Of a DNA stretch of 64,000 bases, positions 34,586 through 44,243 are shown one piece after another. Where the stretch lies: contig CAZSZE010000004.1 in NCBI GenBank assembly GCA_964610645.1, positions 51,711 to 115,710 of the forward strand, given 5' to 3'. The DNA comes from an uncultured Enterobacterales bacterium. GTDB taxonomy: Bacteria > Myxococcota_A > UBA796 > CAJQPC01. Within the stretch, counting starts at the first letter, position 1; each line of letters begins with the position of its first letter. The notes beneath the pieces are model-generated. The model searched no databases. It was not told the DNA's origin and saw only the letters and a list, made by a program, of their open reading frames with translations. A program made the position numbers and the translations under genes.

Positions 34586-35437
34586 GTGTCTGAAACACAG
34601 TCCTCTGAAACACAGTCCTCTGAAACACAGTCCTGGCAGCTGGAGCGACAGGGCGGAATTGCGCTGCTTGAGTTGCACCACGGAAAGGCCAACGAAATGG
34701 GGGCCGAGCAGGTGGCTGCCTTTGATGCCCTGGCCGAGGAGCTGGAAGGGGACGGCACGCGGGCCCTGGTGACCTGGTCCCGGCGTGTCTCCTCCCGGGG
34801 CACACCGATTTTTATTGCCGGGGCCAACGTGACGGAACGGACCGGCTGGGACCGGGACCGGGTGGCAGCCCATGTTCGCAACCAGCGCCGGGTCATGGCC
34901 CGCATGCGCAACCTTCCCCTGTTTCACCTGGCGGTGGTGAATGGGGTTGCCCTGGGGTGGGGCACGGAATTCCTGATCACCGCGGACTACCGGATCGCCA
35001 CACCCGGTGCGCGGTTTGGTCTGCCGGAGACCGGGTTGGGTATTCTTCCCGGTGCGGGGGGAAGTGCTGAGCTTTGGAGCTTGATCGGGGTTCCCCAAGC
35101 CCTGCGCCTGGGCATGACCGGGGAGCTCATTTCGCCCGAGGAAGCCGTGAGAATCGGTCTTGTGCAGGAAATCAGTGACGATGTGGACGCGGCCCTGGCC
35201 CGTGGTCTGGAGATCGCTGGCCGCGTCGAGCGAAACAGCCCCACCGCGGTGGCTGCTTTCAAGCGGGCTTGCCTGGGGGCGGTCGGGCGGTCTGCCGGGG
35301 ATCGCATGGAGCTGGAGGCCAAGGCCTACGAGCACTGCCTGGACGCGGGGGATGCCGCCCTGGGCCGGGCCCACTTCGATGCCATCCGAAAGGGGGAGTC
35401 GGTTCCCTGGGGCGCCATGGAGCGTTTCGAGCCCTGA
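34586..35437 (+). CDS. Enoyl-CoA hydratase/isomerase (crotonase) family protein
   Basis: GTG 34586 with GGGAGG 6 nt upstream. It contains ..IALLELHHGKANEMG.., ..VVNGVALGWGTEFLITADYRIA.., ..FGLPETGLGILPGAGGS.. (oxyanion-hole motifs). The earlier part of track ORF 34103.. is antisense to the PKS gene. Confidence 0.8.
   Translation: MSETQSSETQSSETQSWQLERQGGIALLELHHGKANEMGAEQVAAFDALAEELEGDGTRALVTWSRRVSSRGTPIFIAGANVTERTGWDRDRVAAHVRNQRRVMARMRNLPLFHLAVVNGVALGWGTEFLITADYRIATPGARFGLPETGLGILPGAGGSAELWSLIGVPQALRLGMTGELISPEEAVRIGLVQEISDDVDAALARGLEIAGRVERNSPTAVAAFKRACLGAVGRSAGDRMELEAKAYEHCLDAGDAALGRAHFDAIRKGESVPWGAMERFEP
34589..34633 (+). repeat. Perfect 3 x 15-bp tandem repeat (TCTGAAACACAGTCC) encoding (SETQS)3 at codons 2-16 of the crotonase gene
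   Basis: Read directly from the sequence: copies at 34589-34603, 34604-34618 and 34619-34633. It is in frame and its GC is much lower than the surroundings. Confidence 0.95.
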
Positions 35438-35754
35438 TGCTTTTGTTTCTCCTCTGGGGCTGTTCGGGCGAGACCGCGCTTGGCCGCTGTGACGATCTGG
35501 GTGATCCCGTGTCCGTGGAGGACTGTCGGTACCAGGCAGCTGTCGTGCTGGGGGAGGACCGGGCGGCGCTCCAGGCTGAGATTAACGGCATTTCCAGTGA
35601 GCACTCCCGCGACCTGCTGAGACTGCGTCTCGCGGTGCGGGATCCCGTGCAGCTTGGTTGGCTTTGTGACGATGGACTGGAGACCGCCGCCGTGAAGAGC
35701 CGCTGTTCCGTGCTCTTGCGTCGAAAGCACCTGCGAGGGGAAGCCAGCCCATGA
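35437..35754 (+). CDS. Small Cys-rich lipoprotein (hypothetical)
   Basis: ATG 35437 overlaps the crotonase stop (TGATG). MLLFLLWGCSG is a lipobox. Product is 105 aa. Confidence 0.5.
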   Translation: MLLFLLWGCSGETALGRCDDLGDPVSVEDCRYQAAVVLGEDRAALQAEINGISSEHSRDLLRLRLAVRDPVQLGWLCDDGLETAAVKSRCSVLLRRKHLRGEASP

Positions 35755-36884
35755 TCGGTCTGCTCTCTCTTTGGTTGTTGGCTTGTGGCGACGAGGAAAC
35801 CTTGACGGTCGCCCAGCAAGCGCTTGTGGACGATGCCTCCACCCTGGCCGACTGCGACCAGGCGCTGTTCACGGAAATGGCCACGACGTGCAGGCTGCTG
35901 CAGGCCATTGAGTCCGCAGCCAGCGGAGATGTCGATGCAGCAGGGCTGGCCTGTGGGGCGGTCCGAGATGCGTTGTGGAGGGATGAGTGCCACTTCCGGG
36001 TGGCCGAGGAGATGGGTCGGGTCGGGCGCGTCCAGGTGGCCTTGCGTCACTGTGCGAAGGCGGGCGACTTTGCTTCCGACTGCGTCACCCAGACCGCCTG
36101 GCGTTATCCCCGGTGGGAAGCCCGGGTGCGCGTGTACATCGATGGTGGGCAGGGAGAGGAGGAGGGCTTCATCGGCCCGGGATCAGAGGAGGCTTCCAAG
36201 CTGCTGGCCACCTTTGAGGACGAGGTTCGTCTCGCCTCTTCTGGCCTGGAGGAGGGGCTTCAAGACGAGGCTATGGACCAGTTGATCTCGGCAGCCTGGT
36301 TCAACGTCTATTTTGGCTCGGGCGTGGCGGATCCCGCCTTGGCCCGCGCTGCGACCGGCGCCCACGCAGCCCCGGCCCGCACCGCCTTTGCCCTGGAAGC
36401 CGTGCGGTTGGTGGTGGGGAAGGGAGGCCAGGCCGCAGACCAGGTGGCGTCTGAGGTGCGTCGCATCTGGGAAGGGGACCAGCCCCCCGTGGAAGGGAGC
36501 CCCATTCGCAGGGGAAGTCGATCCGTCCGATACAGTGCGCCAGCCCAGGCGCGGGGAACAGGACACCTGGACCGAACGGGCACCTGGGGTGGAGGAAGAC
36601 GCCTGGTGGGTGTCACGGGTGGTGACGACCTGGACGTGGCCATCCTGCACGCGATGTTTTGCCTGGAAAAGGTGCCACCCCAAGCCCTGGAGGGCTTCCT
36701 GGATGACTCCCGGGATCGGGTGCGATGGACAGCGGCGCATCTCTACGCCCAGTTGGCGGGCCAGGACGAGCCCAGGGTCCAGGAGATGCTGGAGGGCGAC
36801 GAGACGATACTCAAGGACCTGGTCTGGCAGGCTCTGGTGGCAACTACCAAGCTCCCTGGCTGGATGGAAGCGCTGGAAGAATGA
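35751..36884 (+). CDS. Cys-rich lipoprotein (hypothetical)
   Basis: ATGA overlap with the previous gene. MIGLLSLWLLACGD is a lipobox. It shares a ..C.....DEC.FR.AE../..DCRYQAAV.. theme with the upstream small lipoprotein. I recognise no family. Confidence 0.55.
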   Translation: MIGLLSLWLLACGDEETLTVAQQALVDDASTLADCDQALFTEMATTCRLLQAIESAASGDVDAAGLACGAVRDALWRDECHFRVAEEMGRVGRVQVALRHCAKAGDFASDCVTQTAWRYPRWEARVRVYIDGGQGEEEGFIGPGSEEASKLLATFEDEVRLASSGLEEGLQDEAMDQLISAAWFNVYFGSGVADPALARAATGAHAAPARTAFALEAVRLVVGKGGQAADQVASEVRRIWEGDQPPVEGSPIRRGSRSVRYSAPAQARGTGHLDRTGTWGGGRRLVGVTGGDDLDVAILHAMFCLEKVPPQALEGFLDDSRDRVRWTAAHLYAQLAGQDEPRVQEMLEGDETILKDLVWQALVATTKLPGWMEALEE

Positions 36885-38530
36885 TTCCCTCTCGCGATGC
36901 AATGGTCTCCCGCCTGGGACAAGAAACCTTCGACCTTGTGGTGGTGGGGGGAGGCATTACCGGTTGTGGTGTGATTCGGGATGCTGCCCGAAGGGGGCTC
37001 AACTGTGCGTTGATTGAGGCAAACGACTTCGCGTCGGGCACATCTTCTCGCAGCTCCAAGCTCATTCATGGGGGATTGCGCTACCTGGAGCAGTGGGAGT
37101 TCGGGCTGGTCCACGAGGCCGTGACGGAACGCCAGACACTGATGCGCATCGCCCCCCACCTGGTGCGTGCCCAGGCGTTTCTGTTTCCGGTCTACGCGGA
37201 TGGTCCCCACAGCCTGGCAGTTGTGAATGCCGGCCTCTGGCTCTACGAGGGCTTGTCCATGTTTCGGAGCCCGAAACTCCACAGGAACCTGCGGGTGCGC
37301 CAGGTCCAGCAGGAGGAGCCGATTCTCGCTCGAAATGGCCTGAAGGGGGCGCCCCTCTACTACGACGCAGCGACGGATGATGCCCGCCTCACCCTGGAAA
37401 CCGCCCTGGACGCCATTCATGCGGGGGGGGTGGTGCTGAACCATGCGAGGGTGGAGTCCCTCTGCAAGAGTGAGCAGGGCCGGGTGAATGGGGTGCGCAT
37501 TCGGAATGCCCTCTCGGGGGAGTTCCTGGATGTGCAGGCCAAGGTGGTGGTGAATGCCACGGGTCCCTGGACGGACCGGGTGCGGGCCCTGTCGGCAAAA
37601 TCCAGCGACCTCTTGCGCCCCACCAAGGGTGTCCACATTGTTGTCGATGCGGATCGACTGCCGGTCAAGCATGCGGTGGTCTGCAACCATCCGGTGGACA
37701 AGAGACTTCTCTTTGCGATTCCCTGGGGAGACCAGAGCTACATCGGCACCACCGATACGGACTTTGATGGGGATCCCAAGGACGTGGTGGCCACTGGCGA
37801 GGACGTGGACTACCTCCTGGCTGCGTGTGCCCACTTCTTTCCAGAGGCACAACTTGAGCGAGCCGATGTCATCGCCACCTGGGCAGGCCTGCGCCCCTTG
37901 ATCAAGGACACGGATGCCCGCCTGGAATCGTCCGTGTCGAGAGAGCACGAGATCTTTGTGGATGAGAACGGGTTGCTGACCATCGCGGGTGGAAAGCTCA
38001 CGACCTACCGGCTCATGGCAGAGGAGGTGGTTGAAAAGGCAGTGCAGCTGATGGACAACGGAATCGGAGGCCTCGTGCCACCGAAGACCGACCAGGAACC
38101 GTTGCCCGGTGCTGTGGGCTGGCCCTTGAATGGAGACCCCGAAACGGTCGCGGAAAAGGTCCGCGCTGCGGCGACACATGGCATCTCCCCCGAGGCCGCC
38201 CTTCACCTGGCCCGGCGCTACGGCACCCGGGGCATCGACATCGCCGCCTCCCTCTCCGAAGAAGGAGGGGCCCCCCTTGTGGACGGACGGCCCGAGGTCC
38301 TTGGGATTGTGGATTGGGCGATTCAGGAGGAGCTGGCACAGACTCTGGAAGACCTGATGGTGCGGCGCACCCAACTCTATTTTCGAGACGGGAACCAGGG
38401 CCTGGATGTGGCGCCTCGAATCGCGGAGCACATGCAAGCGCTGCTGGGATGGAGCGATGCACGACGGGAAGAAGAACTGTCTGCCTACCGGGCAGAAGTA
38501 GCGCGGAGCCGCCGGTGGCGAGAGGAGTAG
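36881..38530 (+). CDS. glpD: FAD-dependent glycerol-3-phosphate dehydrogenase
   Basis: From ATG 36881 (ATGA overlap): ..FDLVVVGGGITGCGVIRDAARRGL..ASGTSSRSSKLIHGGLRYLE..ATGPW..KG.H.VV..GGKLTTYR.MAE. The C-terminal helical domain is typical of GlpD. Confidence 0.9.
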   Translation: MIPSRDAMVSRLGQETFDLVVVGGGITGCGVIRDAARRGLNCALIEANDFASGTSSRSSKLIHGGLRYLEQWEFGLVHEAVTERQTLMRIAPHLVRAQAFLFPVYADGPHSLAVVNAGLWLYEGLSMFRSPKLHRNLRVRQVQQEEPILARNGLKGAPLYYDAATDDARLTLETALDAIHAGGVVLNHARVESLCKSEQGRVNGVRIRNALSGEFLDVQAKVVVNATGPWTDRVRALSAKSSDLLRPTKGVHIVVDADRLPVKHAVVCNHPVDKRLLFAIPWGDQSYIGTTDTDFDGDPKDVVATGEDVDYLLAACAHFFPEAQLERADVIATWAGLRPLIKDTDARLESSVSREHEIFVDENGLLTIAGGKLTTYRLMAEEVVEKAVQLMDNGIGGLVPPKTDQEPLPGAVGWPLNGDPETVAEKVRAAATHGISPEAALHLARRYGTRGIDIAASLSEEGGAPLVDGRPEVLGIVDWAIQEELAQTLEDLMVRRTQLYFRDGNQGLDVAPRIAEHMQALLGWSDARREEELSAYRAEVARSRRWREE

Positions 38531-38565
38531 GACGGAGGCCCGAGGGGCTCCTGACCACCCGGCGG

Positions 38566-40821
38566 GTGAAGGCCATCGCCCGGGCCTTCCAGGGCACGGA
38601 TGCCAGGTTTTCCGCGGCTTGTACCCGGGCTTTGCGGGGCCTGGAGGGAGGGGGTGGCGTTCCCGCTGAGCTTCTCTCCCTGGGGGCCCGCATGGTGTCT
38701 CGGGGGGTGCTCACCGCAAGGGTTCTCTCGGTCGGTCGAGAGCGGCCCTGGCCCTATGCTTTTGTGCGACAACTGGACCCTGAGGATCACGGCTTCCTGC
38801 CCCGCTCTCTCCTTCCGATCCACATGAACCTGTCCTATCGGAACTGGACCACCGTGGGGCTGCCAGGGTGGCCGGATGAAGCCATCGTGGACCCCGGTGG
38901 ATGGGTGACCCCTTGGCGAGACGGCCCCTCCATCGCCGTCTGGGTGGGGGACTCACGGAGGATGTACACCCTGGGCCCCCTTCCCGGCTGGGGAACGGAC
39001 TCAGGGTTGCAGCTGTCCCAGGAGCGTCTTGGGACCTTTCCCATGGTGCGGACCACGGCCCAGCGACAGGAGATCGAGGTGGAGGTAGATGTCTTCCCGG
39101 CCATTGTGGATGGACGGCAGGTCTTCGGCATCACTGCCCGTGCCCGTCTCCTGGCACCGGCACCGCGGCCCGTGCGTCTCGCCTTTTCCATTCGTCCCGC
39201 AAACCCGGAGGGAATTGCGCCGGTCTTTGAGATGGCACGGAGGGACGACGGCTGGTGGTGGGTCAATGGACAGCCCTTTCTGTTCTTCCCCCATCCCTCC
39301 GACTCTCATTGCCTGGCAAACTGGAAGAGCGGAGAGGTCTACTCCATGGTGGGAGGGATGCTCCGGGATGCGGGGCAGAGACCCTCCCTGGGGGAGGGAC
39401 ATGACTCGGTGACTTGTGAGGCGGGTCTGGCCACGGGCTGCGAGGTCTATCGGGCCACTTTGTCGCCGGGGGAGACCTTCAAGCGGACGGTGTATGCGGC
39501 CAGAGAGGCCCCCCTGAGCGATGTGCTGCGGCGATCCTCTGCGTCCAGGATGGTCGCGGGTGCCAAGGCAGACTGGGAGGGAATCGTGCGGGCAGGGGCG
39601 CGGGTGGAGGTTCCGGTCCACTCCCGGCTCTTTGATTCTTGTGTCACGACCCTGCTGGCTCTTTGTGATGAAGACCTGATTACCCCTGGGCCTTCCACCT
39701 ACCATGACTTCTGGTACCGGGATGCCGCATACATGTTGGCGGCCTTGTCGCGCCTGGGGCATGTGCGGCGCACGGCCCAGATTCAGCAGGGATGGGTGGC
39801 TCGCCAGGAGCGATCCGGCGCCTGGCTCTCCCAGGGGGGGGAGTGGGACGGTACGGGACAGGCGGTCTGGAGCATTCTTGATACATTTCGCTTGACCGGA
39901 GACATTGCATTCTTGCGACGGATGTACCCCTCTGTTGCCCGGGCTGCCCGTTGGATTGCCCGGGTCCAGAGCGATGGCATGATGCCGGCGGGATGGTCTG
40001 CAGAACACCTGGGGCCGGCAGATCGGTACTACTGGGATGCTCTGTGGTGTTGTGCGGGTCTCCGGGATGCCGCAGAGGCGGCGGAGCGCCTGGGCAAGCG
40101 CCGGGATGCGCGGGAGTTCATGGGAGTTCATGGTGTTGTGTTGGAGCGCCTGCGAGCCCGCATGGGAGAAGGTCCTGTGCCGGCAGCACCGGGCCGTTCC
40201 ATGGATTCCGCTGCGGTGTCCGTGCTGGCTGCGGTGTGGCCCCTGGGCCTTTTCGGGGCGGGAGAGCCTGCCATGCGGGAGACCGTGCGGTGGCTCCTGG
40301 ATCACTGCATGCACGAGGCGGGTCTCTTCCATGACGTGGTCCACTCGGGTGTAAATGCCTACCTCACGTGCCACCTGGCCCAGGCCAGGCTCCTGGATGG
40401 CGATGCCCAGGCGGTGTCCCACCTGGACTACCTGGCGGAACACGCCACTCCGACGGGCTGCTGGCCCGAGGCCTTTCATCCGAACCGGGGTGGCGTCATG
40501 GGGGATGGCGACTCGGGCTGGGCAGCCGCGGATTTCGTGAGCCTGTGCCGGTCACTTGTGCTCTGCGAGGAAGGGGGCGTCTTGCACCTGTTTCGGGGCA
40601 CGGATCGCCGGTGGTGGGACCGACCGACCCTCCTGGAGAACCTGCCGACCCGCTTTGGATCTGTGGATCTTCAGGCGGAAGGGGGCGCTTTGCGCCTGGT
40701 GGGCCGTTGGCGGGAGAGGCCTCGGCGCATCGTGTGGCACAAACCGGAGGGCGAGGAGGGCCGGTTGGTGGTGGACAGCGCAGAGGTGCGCGGTTCCGGG
40801 GCGACCCTGGAGATCACTTGA
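38566..40821 (+). CDS. Six-hairpin (alpha/alpha)6 glycosidase-like protein (GH15 / glucoamylase-like, unverified)
   Basis: ..PSTYHDFWYRDAAYMLAALSRLG.., ..DGTGQAVWSILDTFRLTGD.., ..YYWDALWCCAGLRDAA.. and ..GCWPEAF.. resemble the GH15-type catalytic domain, preceded by a beta-sandwich N-domain. The start is uncertain: GTG 38566 or ATG 38692. Confidence 0.65.
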   Translation: MKAIARAFQGTDARFSAACTRALRGLEGGGGVPAELLSLGARMVSRGVLTARVLSVGRERPWPYAFVRQLDPEDHGFLPRSLLPIHMNLSYRNWTTVGLPGWPDEAIVDPGGWVTPWRDGPSIAVWVGDSRRMYTLGPLPGWGTDSGLQLSQERLGTFPMVRTTAQRQEIEVEVDVFPAIVDGRQVFGITARARLLAPAPRPVRLAFSIRPANPEGIAPVFEMARRDDGWWWVNGQPFLFFPHPSDSHCLANWKSGEVYSMVGGMLRDAGQRPSLGEGHDSVTCEAGLATGCEVYRATLSPGETFKRTVYAAREAPLSDVLRRSSASRMVAGAKADWEGIVRAGARVEVPVHSRLFDSCVTTLLALCDEDLITPGPSTYHDFWYRDAAYMLAALSRLGHVRRTAQIQQGWVARQERSGAWLSQGGEWDGTGQAVWSILDTFRLTGDIAFLRRMYPSVARAARWIARVQSDGMMPAGWSAEHLGPADRYYWDALWCCAGLRDAAEAAERLGKRRDAREFMGVHGVVLERLRARMGEGPVPAAPGRSMDSAAVSVLAAVWPLGLFGAGEPAMRETVRWLLDHCMHEAGLFHDVVHSGVNAYLTCHLAQARLLDGDAQAVSHLDYLAEHATPTGCWPEAFHPNRGGVMGDGDSGWAAADFVSLCRSLVLCEEGGVLHLFRGTDRRWWDRPTLLENLPTRFGSVDLQAEGGALRLVGRWRERPRRIVWHKPEGEEGRLVVDSAEVRGSGATLEIT

Positions 40822-42475
40822 TCGGCCAGGCCCTCGCGGTGCCACCGGCTGAAACGGGTTGCCCGAGCAGCTGTGTGATGGCGGCTGATACCCGGGACGA
40901 ACATGCTTCAGGCGGGGGATAGGGCGGTCCACAGCGGGATGGATCAAACAACACCCACCCAAGCCCGGAATCCTGCGCCTGCTTCGCTGTTGGGGGAGAG
41001 TCGGGCACCGTCCCTGCACTCAACGTGTGCAGCCATGATCGGAAGGGGTCGGATTCTCGGCGCGCATCCGACCGTCGAATGGGGTTGGCGCGAGGAATCC
41101 CAGGCGTCTCCAACACCGAAAGGTACTGGATGGAGGGATCAAACGGGAGTTCTGCAACGGGGGCATCGACTGTCGCAAGAAACTCGGAGGTTGCGAGGCG
41201 GGGAACCTGCGTCCATCGGTTCGGGTGCGTGACCTGTCCCAGGGTGTACCGACCGCTCATGCCCACCACGGCGCCGGCCAGGAGAAGAACCCCCCAGCGG
41301 GCTCTTCCGGAGAGTCGCTGCTGCAAGGCTTCCAGACCACATCCCGTGAGGCCCGCGCCGATGACTGCACCCATGGCAGAGAAGCGGCCGTAGTCGTGCA
41401 CAACGGAAACCCGGCAGGCAGCACGGGTGATGAGCTCCGGCCAGGTGCCGGGTGCGCTCTGGCCGGCCCAGGTGGGGCAAGGGCCAAGGGCGAGCAATCC
41501 CAGGATTCCCAGGCACACGAGGCCAACGACTCCCACCCCCCGCCGTCGAGGGTCCAGCAGGCACAAGGGGGCCAGCACCCAAGCTGACAGGGCCATCCCT
41601 GCCAACATTTGTTCCCTTCCGGTGGGGGGGGCCCAAAGAAACAGCCGGGATGCGGGGACCGTCAGAGTAGCGTCTGGGCAGGCAGCGGTGAGACAGGCGG
41701 CTGCATCCCAGGCCTCCGGTGCGATCCGGCTGGATCCGAGGATGCTGGAAAGCTCTCCAAAGGCCATTCCCACACCGGCCGCCAGGGCCAACAACAGAAA
41801 ACCCCACCCCCAGGGGCCGGAGCGGCGGCATTCCTGTAGAACAAGGACGGCCCCGAAAGGCGCGAGCATGACCACAAAGGGGGGATAGGCCGTGGCAGCA
41901 GCCGCTCCCAGCGCCCCAGCCACCACAGCCCAGGCAGGGCGAGACCAGGAGAACCCGTCCGGTCGCAGCACCTCCACCGTAGCGCCAAGTGCCGCAGCCG
42001 AAAGCCCGGGCCAGGCCGCGTTCATCCTGGCCATGTGCAGTGCCTTCCACGCCGGGTGGCAGCACGCGCCAAGGGCTCCCGCGACCACAATGCCCAGTCC
42101 GCGGGCACCCAGGGCCCGGGCCAGCCAGGCAAACCCCAGGGCGTTGCAGAGGACCGCCAGACCCTGGGCTGCCCCAAACTGCCGGGGCCAATCAAATGCC
42201 CAAGCCATGGGAGCAGCGAGAACAGCATCCATCACGGCGGGAAAGTCGATGGCCCGCTCATAGGGGTTCGGGAAGTTGAAATCCGCCAGGTGCTCGAGGT
42301 TTCCCCCTGCAGCCAGGGTGCGGGCGGTCCAGTCATAGAACCAGGCGGTCTGTACGTTGTCCCCGGTCAGCGCCCCGTAAAACGAGGCCTCCGCTGTCCA
42401 CAGGGGCCAGGCAATCCAAAGGGCGATCCCCACGACGACCGCCCATGCAGCGAGGTGCTTGGCACGATCAACCAT
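40814..42475 (-). CDS. Large polytopic membrane protein, GT-C-glycosyltransferase-like architecture (paralog B)
   Basis: Start MVDRAKHLAAWAVVVGIALW at 42475, an 8-nt overlap with paralog A's stop. It has about 12 hydrophobic segments and a soluble C-terminal domain. It aligns with the upstream gene along its whole length. Confidence 0.7.
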   Translation of the reverse strand: MVDRAKHLAAWAVVVGIALWIAWPLWTAEASFYGALTGDNVQTAWFYDWTARTLAAGGNLEHLADFNFPNPYERAIDFPAVMDAVLAAPMAWAFDWPRQFGAAQGLAVLCNALGFAWLARALGARGLGIVVAGALGACCHPAWKALHMARMNAAWPGLSAAALGATVEVLRPDGFSWSRPAWAVVAGALGAAAATAYPPFVVMLAPFGAVLVLQECRRSGPWGWGFLLLALAAGVGMAFGELSSILGSSRIAPEAWDAAACLTAACPDATLTVPASRLFLWAPPTGREQMLAGMALSAWVLAPLCLLDPRRRGVGVVGLVCLGILGLLALGPCPTWAGQSAPGTWPELITRAACRVSVVHDYGRFSAMGAVIGAGLTGCGLEALQQRLSGRARWGVLLLAGAVVGMSGRYTLGQVTHPNRWTQVPRLATSEFLATVDAPVAELPFDPSIQYLSVLETPGIPRANPIRRSDARRESDPFRSWLHTLSAGTVPDSPPTAKQAQDSGLGWVLFDPSRCGPPYPPPEACSSRVSAAITQLLGQPVSAGGTARAWPIK

Positions 42476-44240
42476 CGCTGCCCACCTCCCAGGCCAACGC
42501 CCCTTGCTCCAATTTCTCAGGGGTGCCCAGCACCTTTTCCAGCTCCAGCGCGACGGCATCGGAGCAGGGGGCTGACTCTCTCATGTAGGGGGCCCGGCAC
42601 CGCGTTGGATCAAAGACCACCCAACGCACCCCGGAGCGGAGGGCATGGGTCTTCGAGGACGTCGATTCATCCAGGCGACCCCTGCCCAGGGCATAGAGCC
42701 AGGAGAGGAAGGGGTCTGAGGCAGGAGGACCATCCACGGCATTGAATGGATTGATGCGACGGTGCCCAGGGGCCTCCATGACGGACAGGAACTGCAACCC
42801 ACTGTCGAAAGGCAGCTCGGCGACGGGCCCCGCAGGTGCCTGTTGCAGGAACGCTGTCGTGGGAAGGGTGGGCACCTCTTTCCATCGGTGGGGCAAGGTC
42901 AACTGGCCCACCGTGTAGGCAACGGACTGGGTTCCCGCCAGCGCTGCGATCAGCCAACCCCCCCAGCGCATGAACCCCTGGCGATTTTTCAGACGGGAGT
43001 CGATTGCCTCCACCGCAAGTCCCGACAAGGGGGCCGCCACAAGGGCCGCCATCGTGGCAAACCTGCCAAAGTCGTGAAGCACTGCGGTCTCACACCAGAT
43101 CCGGGGCAGGAAGCTGCGGAACATGGGCCAGTTGGCAGCCCCCATTGGGCGCCCCTCTGTCCAGGCTGCGCAAGGACCCAGAGCCAGGAATGCCAGCCCC
43201 CCGAAACAGGCGAGGCACCCCCACACGATGCCTCTCCTCTTCCGGTGCAGAGGGGCCAGCAGCGCCAACAACCACGTGCCCACCGCCAGGCCGGCCCCCA
43301 TGCGAACGCCGCCGGCATCCCCCAGGCGAAACCACTGATCCACATCGACCGCCAGGGTTCCCTTGGGGCAGAATCCCTCGAGAATGCATGCCAGGGGAAT
43401 CAGGGCCCGCAAGGTGCCGCCGGGTTGCACCTCCGTGGGACAGGTCCCGGCCACACACTCGGGATTCGACACCCGGGGGGAGTCGCGGATCCCCTCCAGC
43501 TCCGGCCACAAGAACCCAAGGGCCAGTGCCACAGCCAGGAGCGCCAGCCCCCATTCCACCCGCCCGGCGCGGCGAAGCCGGGGTGCGGCAAGCACGAGCC
43601 CGACCGGCGCCAACATGACCACAAAGGGCGGGTAGGTCGCTGCAGCGAATGCCCCCAGGACAGCGGCAAGGACCAACCGGAACAAGGCGTGGAACCGCGT
43701 GGGCCGCAGGTCCCGGTCCATGAGATCGAGCCAGGCCGCCAGTGCGGCTGCTGGAACCCCTGGCCAGGCAGCGTTGACGCGGGCCAGGTGAAGTTCCTTG
43801 AGGGCGGGGGTACAACAGAGACCCAGGATTCCCGACAAGGCCACGCCCAGACCCCGGCACCCCATGGTGCGGGCCAACCAGGCAAAGCCAAGACCATTCA
43901 CGAGAATGGCCAGGGACTGGGCCACCCCGTATTGCCGGGGCCAATCGAAGAGCCACGCGGCAGGGGCGGCGAGAATGGCATCGCCAATGCCGGGAATCTC
44001 GTCCTGGCGGGCGTAAGGCGCGGGGTGGTTGAAGTCCGTCAGGCGGTCGAGGCCGCCCCCTTCCAGGAGGGCCCGGGCCACAAAGTCATAGAACCAGGGA
44101 CCCTGGGCTCCGTCGCTCACCAGAATGCCTCCGAAGACATGGCCGGAAGCGCTCCACAGGGGGGTCGTCAACCAAAGGCCAACTCCCAGGATCAGCCACA
44201 GTGCCCAGTTGCGTGGCAGTGGAATTCCGGCATCGGGCAT
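42468..44240 (-). CDS. Large polytopic membrane protein, GT-C-glycosyltransferase-like architecture (paralog A)
   Basis: The start is 3 nt after the recQ stop. Blocks shared with paralog B: WFYD[FW].AR.L..GG.L..L.DFN.P.PY, FDWPRQ[YF]G.AQ.LA.L.N.LGFAWLAR..G.RGLG, YPPFVVMLAP, VAELPFD...Q[FY]LSV.E.PG..R.NP and W[VV].FDP.RC..PY. Confidence 0.7.
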   Translation of the reverse strand: MPDAGIPLPRNWALWLILGVGLWLTTPLWSASGHVFGGILVSDGAQGPWFYDFVARALLEGGGLDRLTDFNHPAPYARQDEIPGIGDAILAAPAAWLFDWPRQYGVAQSLAILVNGLGFAWLARTMGCRGLGVALSGILGLCCTPALKELHLARVNAAWPGVPAAALAAWLDLMDRDLRPTRFHALFRLVLAAVLGAFAAATYPPFVVMLAPVGLVLAAPRLRRAGRVEWGLALLAVALALGFLWPELEGIRDSPRVSNPECVAGTCPTEVQPGGTLRALIPLACILEGFCPKGTLAVDVDQWFRLGDAGGVRMGAGLAVGTWLLALLAPLHRKRRGIVWGCLACFGGLAFLALGPCAAWTEGRPMGAANWPMFRSFLPRIWCETAVLHDFGRFATMAALVAAPLSGLAVEAIDSRLKNRQGFMRWGGWLIAALAGTQSVAYTVGQLTLPHRWKEVPTLPTTAFLQQAPAGPVAELPFDSGLQFLSVMEAPGHRRINPFNAVDGPPASDPFLSWLYALGRGRLDESTSSKTHALRSGVRWVVFDPTRCRAPYMRESAPCSDAVALELEKVLGTPEKLEQGALAWEVGSDG

Positions 44241-44243
44241 GCC

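Noticed and set aside
36743-40479. Minus ORFs 36743..38437 and 39001..40479
   Set aside because: They are antisense shadows of glpD and the GH15-like gene.
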